Shown here one piece after another: positions 12,701 to 27,700 of a DNA stretch of 64,000 nucleotides; the first letter of the stretch is position 1; every line of letters starts with the position of its first letter. Both the position numbers and the translations under genes were made by a program. Below the pieces are notes generated by a model that worked only from the letters and a program-made list of their open reading frames with translations, was not told the origin of the DNA and ran no database searches. The DNA is from Eledone cirrhosa (Eukaryota). The stretch spans positions 21,018,001 through 21,082,000 of the forward strand of contig OZ024745.1 in NCBI GenBank assembly GCA_964016885.1, read 5' to 3'.

Positions 12701-15700
12701 TGTATATGTGATGTATATGTGATGTATGTGTGATGTATGTATGATGTATATGTGATGTATATGTGATGTATGTCTGATGTATGTGTGATGTATCTGTGAT
12801 GTATGTGTGATGTATGTGTGATGTATGTGTGATGTATGTGTGATGTATATGTGATGTATGTGTGATGTATGTGTAATGTATATGTGATGTATATGTGATG
12901 TATATGTGATGTATATGTGATGTATATGTGATGTATGTGTGATGTATGTGTGATGTATATGTGATGTATATGTGATGTATGTCTGATGTATGTGTGATGT
13001 ATATGTGATGTATGTGTGACGTATATGGGATGTATGTGTGATGTATGTGTGATGTATGTGTGATGTATGTGTGATGTATATGTGATGTATGTGTGATGTA
13101 TGTGTGATGTATGTGTGATGTATGTGTGATGTATGTGTGATGTATGTGTGATGTATATGTGATGTATATGTGATGTATGTGTGATGTATGGGTGATGTAT
13201 ATGTGATGTATGTGATGTATGTGTGATGTATGTGTGATGTATATGTGATGTATATGTGATGTATATGTGATGTATGTGTGATGTATGTGTGATGTATATG
13301 TGATGCATATGTGATGTATGTGTGATGTATATGTGATGTATGTGTGATGTATATGTGATGTATGTGTGATGTATGTGTGATGTATATGTGATGTATATGT
13401 GATGTATATGTGATGTATGTGTGATGTATGTGTGATGTATATGTGATGTATATGTGATGTATATGTGATGTATGTGTGATGTATATGTGATGTATATGTG
13501 ATGTATATGTGATGTATATGTGATGTATGTGTGATGTATATGTGATGTATATGTGATGTATGTGTGATGTATATGTGATGTATATGTGATGTATGTGTGA
13601 TGTATGTGTGATGTATATGTGATGTATGTGTGATGTATATGGGATGTATGTGTGATGTATGTGTGATGTATGTGTGATGTATGTGTGATGTATATGTGAT
13701 GTATCTGTGATGTATGTGTGATGTATATGTGATGTATGTGTGATGTATATGTGATGTATGTGTGATGTATATGTGATGTATATGTGATGTATATGTGATG
13801 TATGTGTGATGTATGTGTGATGTATATGTGATGTATATGTGATGTATATGTGATGTATATGTGATGTATGTGTGATGTATATGTGATGTATGTGTGACGT
13901 ATATGGGATGTATGTGTGATGTATGTGTGATGTATGTGTGATGTATGTGTGATGTATATGTGATGTATGTGTGATGTATATGTGATGTATGTGTGATGTA
14001 TGTGTGATGTATATGTGATGTATATGTGATGTATATGTGATGTATATGTGATGTATGTGTGATGTATATGTGATGTATGTGTGATGTATATGTGATGTAT
14101 ATGTGATGTATATGTGATGTATATGTGATGTATGTGTGATGTATATGTGATGTATGTGTGATGTATATGTGATGTATGTGTGATGTATGTGTGATGTATG
14201 TGTGATGTATGTGTGATGTATATGTGATGTATGTGTGATGTATATGTGATGTATGTGTGATGTATGTGTGATGTATATGTGATGTATATGTGATGTATAT
14301 GTGATGTATATGTGATGTATGTGTGATGTATATGTGATGTATGTGTGATGTATATGTGATGTATATGTGATGTATATGTGATGTATCTGTGATGTATATG
14401 TGATGTATATGTGATGTATGTGTGATGTATGTGTGATGTATATGTGATGTATATGTGATGTATGTGTGATGTATGTGTGATGTATATGTGATGTATGTGT
14501 GATGTATGTGTGATGTATGTGTGATGTATGTGTGAGTATATGTGATGTATGTGTGATGTATATGTGATGTATGTGTGATGTATGTGTGATGTATATGTGA
14601 TGTATATGTGATGTATATGTGATGTATATGTGATGTATGTGTGATGTATATGTGATGTATGTGTGATGTATATGTGATGTATATGTGATGTATATGTGAT
14701 GTATATGTGATGTATGTGTGATGTATATGTGATGTATGTGTGATGTATGTGTGATGTATGTGTGATGTATGTGTGATGTATGTGTGATGTATGTGTGATG
14801 TATATGTGATGTATGTGTGATGTATATGTGATGTATGTGTGATGTATGTGTGATGTATATGTGATGTATATGTGATGTATATGTGATGTATATGTGATGT
14901 ATGTGTGATGTATATGTGATGTATGTGTGATGTATATGTGATGTATATGTGATGTATATGTGATGTATCTGTGATGTATATGTGATGTATATGTGATGTA
15001 TGTGTGATGTATGTGTGATGTATATGTGATGTATATGTGATGTATGTGTGATGTATGTGTGATGTATATGTGATGTATGTGTGATGTATATGGGATGTAT
15101 ATGTGATGTATATGTGATGTATATGTGATGTATATGTGATGTATATGTGATGTATGTGTGATGTATATGTGATGTATGTGTGATGTATGTGTGATGTATA
15201 TGTGATGTATGTGTGATGTATGTGTGATGTATCTGTGATGTATGTGTGATGTATATGTGATGTATGTGTGATGTATGTGTAATGTATGTGTGATGTATGT
15301 GTGATGTATGTGTGATGTATGTGTGATGTATATGTGATGTATGTGTGATGTATGTGTGATGTATATGTGATGTATGTGTGATGTATATGGGATGTATATG
15401 TGATGTATGTGTGATGTATATGTGATGTATATGTGATGTATATGTGATGTATGTGTGATGTATGAGTGATGTATATGTGATGTATGTGTGATGTATATGT
15501 GATGTATATGTGATGTATATGTGATGTATGTGTGATGTATGTGTGATGTATGTGTGATGTATGTGTGATGTATATGTGATGTATATGTGATGTATGTGTG
15601 ATGTATGTGTGATGTATATGTGATGTATGTGTGATGTATGTGTGATGTATGTGTGATGTATGTGTGATGTATGTGTGATGTATATGTGATGTATATGTGA

Positions 15701-18700
15701 TGTATGTGTGATGTATGGGTGATGTATATGTGATGTATATGTGATGTATGTGTGATGTATGTGTGATGTATATGTGATGTATATGTGATGTATATGTGAT
15801 GTATGTGTGATGTATGTGTGATGTATATGTGATGTATATGTGATGTATGTGTGATGTATATGTGATGTATGTGTGATGTATATGTGATGTACGTGTGATG
15901 TATGTGTGATGTATATGTGATGTATATGTGATGTATATGTGATGTATGTGTGATGTATGTGTGATGTATATGTGATGTATATGTGATGTATATGTGATGT
16001 ATGTGTGATGTATATGTGATGTATATGTGATGTATATGTGATGTATATGTGATGTATGTGTGATGTATATGTGATGTATATGTGATGTATGTGTGATGTA
16101 TATGTGATGTATATGTGATGTATGTGTGATGTATGTGTGATGTATATGTGATGTATATGTGATGTATGTGTGATGTATGTGTGATGTATATGTGATGTAT
16201 ATGTGATGTATATGTGATGTATGTGTGATGTATATGTGATGTATATGTGATGTATATGTGATGTATGTGTGATGTATGTGTGATGTATATGTGATGTATA
16301 TGTGATGTATGTGTGATGTATATGTGATGTATGTGTGATGTATATGTGATGTATGTGTGATGTATATGTGATGTATATGTGATGTATATGTGATGTATCT
16401 GTGATGTATATGTGATGTATATGTGATGTATGTGTGATGTATGTGTGATGTATATGTGATGTATATGTGATGTATGTGTGATGTATGTGTGATGTATATG
16501 TGATGTATGTGTGATGTATATGGGATGTATATGTGATGTATATGTGATGTATATGTGATGTATGTGTGATGTATATGTGATGTATGTGTGATGTATGTGT
16601 GATGTATATGTGATGTATGTGTGATGTATGTGTGATGTATCTGTGATGTATGTGTGATGTATATGTGATGTATGTGTGATGTATGTGTAATGTATGTGTG
16701 ATGTATGTGTGATGTATGTGTGATGCATGTGTGATGTATATGTGATGTATGTGTGATGTATGTGTGATGTATATGTGATGTATGTGTGATGTATATGGGA
16801 TGTATATGTGATGTATGTGTGATGTATATGTGATGTATATGTGATGTATATGTGATGTATGTGTGATGTATGAGTGATGTATATGTGATGTATGTGTGAT
16901 GTATATGTGATGTATGTGTGATGTATATGTGATGTATGTGTGATGTATATGTGATGTATGTGTGATGTATATGTGATGTATATGTGATGTATGTGTGATG
17001 TATGTGTGATGTATGTGTGATGTATGTGTGATGTATATGTGATGTATATGTGATGTATGTGTGATGTATGTGTGATGTATGTGTGATGTATGTGTGATGT
17101 ATATGTGATGTATGTGTGATGTATCTGTGCTGTATATGTGATGTATGTGTGATGTATGTGTGCTGTATATGTGATGTATGTGTGATGTATATGTGATGTA
17201 TATGTGATGTATATGTGATGTATACGTGATGTATGTGTGATGTATATGTGATGTATATGTGATGTATGTGTGATGTATATGTGATGTATATGTGATGTAT
17301 GTGTGATGTATGTGTGATGTATATGTGATGTATGTGTGATGTATGTGTGATGTATGTGTGATGTATATGTGATGTATGTGTGATGTATGTGTGATGTATA
17401 TGTGATGTATGTGTGATGTATGTGTGATGTATATGTGATGTATGTGTGATGTATGTGTGATGTTTATGTGATGTATGTGTGATGTATGTGTGATGTATAT
17501 GTGATGTATGTGTGATGTATGTGTGATGTATGTGTGATGTATGTGTGATGTATATGTGATGTATGTGTGATGTATGTGTAATGTATGTGTGATGTATGTG
17601 TGATGTATGTGTGATGTATGTGTGATGTATATGTGATGTATGTGTGATGTATGTGTGATGTATATGTGATGTATGTGTGATGTATATGGGATGTATATGT
17701 GATGTATGTGTGATGTATATGTGATGTATATGTGATGTATATGTGATGTATGTGTGATGTATGAGTGATGTATATGTGATGTATGTGTGATGTATATGTG
17801 ATGTATGTGTGATGTATATGTGATGTATGTGTGATGTATATGTGATGTATGTGTGATGTATATGTGATGTATATGTGATGTATGTGTGATGTATGTGTGA
17901 TGTATGTGTGATGTATGTGTGATGTATATGTGATGTATATGTGATGTATGTGTGATGTATGTGTGATGTATATGTGATGTATGTGTGATGTATGTGTGAT
18001 GTATATGTGATGTATGTGTGATGTATGTGTGCTGTATATGTGATGTATGTGTGATGTATGTGTGCTGTATATGTGATGTATGTGTGATGTATATGTGATG
18101 TATATGTGATGTATATGTGATGTATACGTGATGTATGTGTGATGTATATGTGATGTATATGTGATGTATGTGTGATGTATATGTGATGTATATGTGATGT
18201 ATGTGTGATGTATGTGTGATGTATATGTGATGTATGTGTGATGTCTGTGTGATGTATGTGTGATGTATATGTGATGTATGTGTGATGTATGTGTGATGTA
18301 TATGCGATGTATGTGTGATGTATGTGTGATGTATATGTGATGTATGTGTGATGTATGTGTGATGTTTATGTGATGTATGTGTGATGTATGTGTGATGTAT
18401 ATGTGATGTATGTGTGATGTATGTGTGATGTATGTGTGATGTATGTGTGATGTATGTGTTATGTATATGTGATGTATGTGTGATGTATATGTGATGTATA
18501 TGTGATGTATGTATGATGTATGTGTGATGTATATGTGATGTATTTGAGATGTATGTGTGATGTATGTGTGATGTATGTGTGATGTATATGTGATGTATGT
18601 GTGATGTATGTGTGATGTATGTGTGATGTATGTGTGATGTATGTGTGATGTATATGTGATGTATATGTGATGTATATGTGATGTATATGTGATGTATATG

Positions 18701-21700
18701 TGATGTATGTGTGATGTATGTGTGATGTATATGTGATGTATATGTGATGTATATGTGATCTATGTGTGATGTATATGAGATGTATGTGTGATGTATATGT
18801 GATGTATATGTGATGTATGTGTGATGTATATGTGATGTATGTGTGATGTATATGTGATGTATATGTGATGTATGTGTGATGTATGTATGATGTATATGTG
18901 ATGTATATGTGATGTATGTCTGATGTATGTGTGATGTATCTGTGATGTATGTGTGATGTATGTGTGATGTATGTGTGATGTATGTGTGATGTACATGTGA
19001 TGTATGTGTGATGTATGTGTAATGTATATGTGATGTATATGTGATGTATATGTGATGTATATGTGATGTATATGTGATGTATGTGTGATGTATGTGTGAT
19101 GTATATGTGATGTATATGTGATGTATGTCTGATGTATGTGTGATGTATATGTGATGTATGTGTGATGTATGTGTGATGTATGTGTGATGTATGTGTGATG
19201 TATATGTGATGTATGTGTGATGTATGTGTGATGTATATGTGATGTATGTGTGATGTATGTGTGATGTATATGTGATGTATATGTGATGTATATGTGATGT
19301 ATATGTGATGTATATGTGATGAATGTGTGATGTATGTGTGATGTATATGTGATGTATATGTGATGTATATGTGATGTATGTGTGATGTATATGTGATGTA
19401 TGTGTGATGTATGTGTGATGTATATGTGATGTATATGTGATGTATATATGATGTATATGTGATGTATATGTGATGTATATGTGATGTATATGTGATGTAT
19501 GTGTGATGTATATGTGATATATGTGTGATGTATGTGTGATGTATAGGTGATGTATGTGAGATGTATATGTGATGAATATGTGATGTATGTGTGATGTATG
19601 TGTGATGTATGTGTGATGTATATGTGACGTATATGTGATGTATGTGTGATGTATGTGTGATGTATATGTGATGTATGTGTGATGTATATGTGATGTATAT
19701 GTGATGTATATGTGATGTATATGTGATGTATATGTGATGTATATATGATGTATATGTGATGTAAATGTGATGTATATGTGATGTATGTGTGATGTATGTG
19801 TGATGTATATGTGATATATGTGTGATGTATGTGTGATGTATATGTGATGTATGTGTGATGTATAGGTGATGTATGTGAGATGTATATGTGATGAATATGT
19901 GATGTATGTGTGATGTATGTGTGATGTATGTGTGATGTATATGTGACGTATATGTGATGTATGTGTGATGTATGTGTGATGTATATGTGATGTATGTGTG
20001 ATGTATATGTGATGTATGTGTGATGTATATGTGATGTATATGTGATGTATGTGTGATGTATATGTGATGTATATGTGATGTATGTGTGATGTATATGTGA
20101 TGTATGTGTGATGTATGTGTGATGTATATGTTATGTATGTGTGATGTATGTGTGATGTATATGTGATGTATGTGTGATGTATATGTGATCTATGTGTGAT
20201 GTATGTGTGATGTATATGTAATGTATGTGTGATGTATATTGGATGTATGTGTGATGTATATGTGACGTATATGTGATGTATGTGTGATGTATATGTGATG
20301 TATATATGATGTATGTCTGATGTATGTGTGATGTATGTGTGATGTATATGTGATGTATGTGTGATGTATGTGTGATGTATGTGTGATGTATATGTGATGT
20401 ATATGTGATGTATATGTGATGTATGTGTGATGTATATGGGATGTATATGTGATGTATATGTGATGTATGTGTGATGTATATGTGATGTATGTGTGATGTA
20501 TATGTGATGTATGTGTGATGTATGTGTGATGTATGTGTGATGTATATGTGATGTATGTGTGATGTATGTGTGATGTACATGTGATGTATGTGTGATGTAT
20601 GTGTGATGTATATGTGATGTATATGTGATGTATATGTGATGTATGTGTGATGTATGTGTGATGACATCACATATACATCACATATACATCACATATACAT
20701 CACACATACATCACACATACATCATATATACATCACACATACATCACATATACATCACATATACATCACATATACATCACACATACATCACACATACATC
20801 ACATATACATCACATATACATCACATATACATCACATATACATCACATATTCATCACATATACATCTCACATACATCACCTATACATCACACATACATCA
20901 CATATACATCACACATACATCACACATATATCACATATACATCACACATACATCACACATACATCACATATACATCACATATACATCACATATACATCAT
21001 ATATACATCACATATACATCACATATACATCACATATACATCACATATACATCACATATACATCACACATACATCACATATACATCACACATACATCACA
21101 CATACATCACATATACGTCACATATACATCACACATACATCACACATACATCACACATACATCACATATTCATCACATATACATCTCACATACATCACCT
21201 ATACATCACACATACATCACACATATATCACATATACATCACACATACATCACATATACATCACATATACATCACATATACATCACATATACATCATATA
21301 TACATCACATATACATCACATATACATCACATATACATCACATAAACATCACACATACATCACACATACATCACATATACATCACACATACATCACATAT
21401 ACATCACATATACATCACATATACATCACACATACATCACACATACATCACATATACATCACATATACATCACATATACATCACATATACATCACATATA
21501 CATCACACATACATCACATATACATCACATATACATCACACATACATCACACATACATCACATATACATCACAAATACATCACACATACATCACACATAC
21601 ATCACACATACATCACATATACATCACACATACATCAGACATACATCACATATATATCACATATACATCACACATACATCACACATACATCACATATACA

Positions 21701-24700
21701 TCACATATACATCACATATACATCACATATACATCACATATACATCACACATACATCACACATACATCACATATACATCACACATATATCACACATACAT
21801 CACATATACATCACACATGTGATGTATATGTGATGTATGTGTGATGTATGTGTGATGTATCTGTGATGTATACGTGATGTATATGTAATGTATGTGTGAT
21901 GTATATGGGATGTATGTGATGTATATGTGATGTATATGTGATGTATGTGTGATGTATATGTGATGTATATGTGATGTATATGTGATGTATATGTGATGTA
22001 TGTGTGATGTATGTGTGATGTATATGTGATGTATGTGCGATGTATGTGTGATGTATGTGTGATGTATGTGTGATGTATATGTGATGTATGTGTGATGTAT
22101 GTGTGATGTATATGTGATGTATATGTGATGTATGTGTGATATATATGTGATGTATGTGTGATGTATATGTGATATATGTGTGATGTATGTGTGATGTATA
22201 TGTGATGTATGTGTGATGTATGTGTGATGTATGTGTGATGTATATGTGATGTATGTGTGATGTATATGTGATGTATGTGTGATGTATGTGTGATGTATGT
22301 GTGATGTATATGTGATGTATATGTGATGTATATGTGATGTATGTGTGATGTATATGTGATGTATATGTGATGTATATGTAATGTATGTGTGATGTATATG
22401 TGATGTATATTTGATGTATGTGTGATGTATATGTGATGTATATGTAATGTATGTGTGATGTATGTGTGATGTATGTGTGATGTATATGTGATGTATGTGT
22501 GATGTATGTGTGATGTATATGTGATGTATATGTGATGTATGTGTGATATATATGTGATGTATGTGTGATGTATATGTGATATATGTGTGATGTATGTGTG
22601 ATGTATATGTGATGTATGTGTGATGTATGTGTGATGTATGTGTGATGTATATGTGATGTATGTGTGATGTATAAGTGATGTATGTGTGATGTATGTTGTG
22701 ATGTATGTGTGATGTATATGTGATGTATATGTGATGTATATGTGATGTATGTGTGATGTATATGTGATGTATATGTGATGTATATGTAATGTATGTGTGA
22801 TGTATATGTGATGTATATTTGATGTATGTGTGATGTATATGTGATGTATATGTAATGTATGTGTGATGTATATGTGATGTATATGTGATGTATGTCTGAT
22901 GTATGTGTGATGTATGTGTGATGTATGTGTGATGTATGTGTGATGTATGTGTGATGTATATGTGATGTATATGTGATGTATATGTGATGTATGTGTGATG
23001 TATATGGGATGCATATGTGATGTATATGTGATGTATGTGTGATGTATATGTGATGTATGTGTGATGTATATGTGATGTATGTGTGATGTATGTGTGATGT
23101 ATGTGTGATGTATATGTGATGTATGTGTGATGTATGTGTGATGTATATGTGATGTATGTGTGATGTATGTGTGATGTATATGTGATGTATATGTGATGTA
23201 TATGTGATGTATATGTGATGTATATGTGATGTATGTGTGATGTATGTGTGATGTATATTTGATGTATATGTGATGTATATGTGATGTATGTGTGATGTAT
23301 ATGTGATGTATGTGTGATGTATGTGTGATGCATATGTGATGTATATGTGATGTATATGTGATATATATGTGATGTATATGTGATGTATATGTGATGTATA
23401 TGTGATGTATATGTGATGTATATGTGATGTATATGTGATGTATGTGTGATGTATATGTGATATATGTGTGATGTATGTGTGATGTATATGTGATGTATGT
23501 GTGATGTATAGGTGATGTATGTGAGATGTATATGTGATGTATATGTGATGTATGTGTGATGTATGTGTGATGTATGTGTGATGTATATGTGACGTATATG
23601 TGATGTATGTGTGATGTATGTGTGATGTATATGTGATGTATGCGTGATGTATATGTGATGTATGTGTGATGTATATGTGATGTATATGTGATGTATGTGT
23701 GATGTATATGTGATGTATATGTGATGTATGTGTGATGTATATGTGATGTATGTGTGATGTATGTGTGATGTATATGTGATGTATATGTGATGTATGTGTG
23801 ATGTATATGTGATGTATGTGTGATGTATGTGTGATGTATGTGTGATGTATGTGTGATGTATGTGTGATGTATGTGTAATGTATATGTGATGTATGTGTGA
23901 TGCATATGTGATGTATGTGTGATGTATGTGTGATGTATATGTGATGTATGTGTGATGTATATGTGATGTATGTGTGATGTATATGTGATGTATGTGTAAT
24001 GTATATGTGATGTATGTGTGATGTATATGTGATGTATGTGTGATGTATGTGTGATGTATCTGTGATGTATATGTGATGTATATGTAATGTATGTGTGATG
24101 TATATGGGATGTATGTGTGATGTATATGTGATGTATATGTGATGTATGTGTGATGTATGTGTGATGTATGTGTGATATATGTGTGATGTATGTGTGATGT
24201 ATGTGTAATGTATATGTGATGTATGTGTAATGTATATGTGATGTATATGTGATATATGTGTGATGTATATGTGATGTATATGTGATGTATGTGTGATGTA
24301 TATGTGAAGTATACGTAATGTATGTGTGATGTATATGTGATGTATGTGTGATGTATGTGTGATGTATGTGTGATGTATGTATGATGTATGTGTGATGTAT
24401 GTGTGATGTATCTGTGATGTATACGTGATGTATATATAATGTATGTGTGATGTATATGGGATGTATGTGTGATGTATATGTGATGTATATGTGATGTATG
24501 TGTGATGTATATGTGATGTATATGTGATATATATGTGATGTATATGTGATGTATGTGGATGTATGTGTGATGTATGTGTGATGTATGTGTGATGTATATG
24601 TGATGTATGTGTGATGTATGTGTGATGTATATGTGATGTATATGTGATGTATGTGTGTTATATATGTGATGTATGTGTGATGTATATGTGATATATGTGT

Positions 24701-27700
24701 GATGTATGTGTGATGTATATGTGATGTATATGTGATGTATGTGTGATGTATATTTGATGTATATGTGATGTATGTGCGATGTATATGTGATGTATGTGTG
24801 ATGTATGTGTGATATATATGTGATGTATATGTGATGTATGTGTGATGTATGTGTGATGTATGTGTGATGTATATGTGATGTATGTGTGATGTATGTGTGA
24901 TATATATGTGATGTATGTGTGATGTATATATGATGTATGTGTGATGTATGTGTGATGTATATGTGATGTATGTGTGATGTATGTGTGATGTATGTGTGAT
25001 GTATGTGTGATGTATATGTGATGTATGTGTGATGTATGTGTGATATATATGTGATGTATGTGTGATGTATATATGATGTATGTGTGATGTATGTGTGATG
25101 TATATGTGATGTATGTGTGATGTATGTGTGATGTATGTGTGATGTATATGTGATGTATGTGTGATGTATGTGTGATGTATATGTGATGTATATGTGATGA
25201 ATATGTGATGTATGTGTGATGTATGTGTGATGTATATGTGATGTATATGTGATGTATGTGTGATGTATGTGTGATGTATGTGTGATGTATATGTGATGTA
25301 TATGTGATGTATGTGTGATATATATGTGATGTATGTGTGATGTATATGTGATGTATGTGTGATGTATGTGTGATGTATATGTGATGTATGTGTGATGTAT
25401 GTGTGATGTATATGTGATGTATATGTGATGTATGTGTGATGTATGTGTGATGTATGTGTGATGTATATGTGATGTATATGTGATGTATATGTGATGTATA
25501 TGTGATGTATGTGTGATGTATGTGTGATGTATATGTGATGTATGTGTGATGTATGTGTGATGTATGTGTGATGTATATGTGATATATGTGTGATGTATGT
25601 GTGATGTATGTGTGATATATATGTGATGTATGTGTGATGTATATGTGATGTATATGTGATGTATATGTGATGTATGTGTGATGTATATGTGATGTATGTG
25701 TGATGTATGTGTGATGTATATGTGATGTATGTGTGATGTATATGTGATGTATGTGTGATGTATGTGTGATATATATGTGATGTATGTGTGACGTATATGT
25801 GATGTATATGTGATGTATATGTGATGTATGTGTGATGTATGTGTGATTTATGTGTGATGTATATGTGATGTATGTGTGATGTATATGGGATGTATATGTG
25901 ATGTATATGTGATGTATGTTTGATGTATATGTGATGTATGTGTGATGTATGTGTGATGTATATGTGATGTATGTGTGATGTATATGTGATGTATATGTGA
26001 TGTATATGTAATGTATGTGTGATGTATATGTGATGTATGTGTGATGTATATGTGATGTATATGTGATGTATGTGTGATGTATATGTAATGTATGTGTGAT
26101 GTATATGTGATGTATGTGTGATGTATGTGTGATGTATATGTGATGTATGTGTGATGTATGTGTGATGTATGTGTGATGTATGTGTGATGTATATGTGATG
26201 TATATGTGATGTATATGTGATGTATATGTGATGTATATGTAATGTATGTGTGATGTATATGTGATGTATATGTGAAGTATGTGGGATGTATATGTGATGT
26301 ATGTGTGATGTATGTGTGATGTATATGTGAAGTATGTGTGATGTATATGTGATGTATGTGTGATGTATGTGTGATGTATGTGTGATGTATGCGTGATGTA
26401 TATGTGATGTATGTGTGATGTATGTGTGATGTATGTGTGATGTATATGTGATGTATGTGTGATGTATATGTGATGTATGTGTAATGTATGTGTGATGTAT
26501 ATGTGATGTATATTTGATGTATGTGTGATGTATATGTGATGTATATGTAATGTATGTGTGATGTATATGTGATGTATATGTAATGTATGTGTGATGTATA
26601 TGTGATGTATGTGTGATGTATGTGTGATGTATGTGTGATGTATATGTGATGTATGTGTGATGTATGTGTGATATATGTGTGATATATGTGTGATGTATGT
26701 GTGATGTATATGTGATGTATATGTGATGTATGTGTGATGTATATGTGATGTATGTGTGATGTATATGTGATGTATATGTGATGTATGTGTGATGTATATG
26801 TAATGTATGTGTGATGTATATGTGATGTATGTGTGATGTATATGTGATGTATATGTGATGTATGTGTGATGTATATGTGATGTATATGTAATGTATGTGT
26901 GATGTATATGTGATGTATGTGTGATGTATGTGTGATGTATGTGTGATGTATGTGTGATGTATGTGTGATGTATCTGTGATGTATATGTGATGTATATTTA
27001 ATGTATGTGTGATGTAAATGTGATTTATGTGTGATGTATATGTGATGTATATGTGATGTATATGTGATGTATGTGTGATGTATATGTGATGTATGTGTGA
27101 TGTATATGTGATGTATGTGTGATGTATATGTGATGTATGTCTGATGTATATGTGATGTATATGTGATGTATGTGTGATGTATGTGTGATGTATATGTGAT
27201 GTATGTGTTATGTATATGTGATGTATATGTGATGTATATGTGATGTATGTGTGATGTATGTGTGATGTATATGTGATGTATATGTTATGTATATGTGATG
27301 TATATGTGATGTATGTGTGATGTATATGTTATATATGTGTGATGTATGTGTGATATATATTTGATGTATGTGTGATGTATAGGTGATGTATGTGAGATGT
27401 ATATGTGATGTATATGTGATGTATGTGTGATGTATGTGTGATGTATGTGTGATGTATATGTGATGTATATGTGATGTATGTGTGATGTATGTGTGATGTA
27501 TATGTGATGTATGTGTGATGTATGTGTGATGTATATGTGATGTATATGTGATGTATGTGTGATGTATGTGTGATGTATGTGTGATGTATGTGTGATGTAT
27601 GTGTGATGTATCTGTGATGTATATGTGATGTATATGTAATGTATGTGTGATGTATATGGGATGTATGTGTGATGTATATGTGATGTATATGTGATGTATG

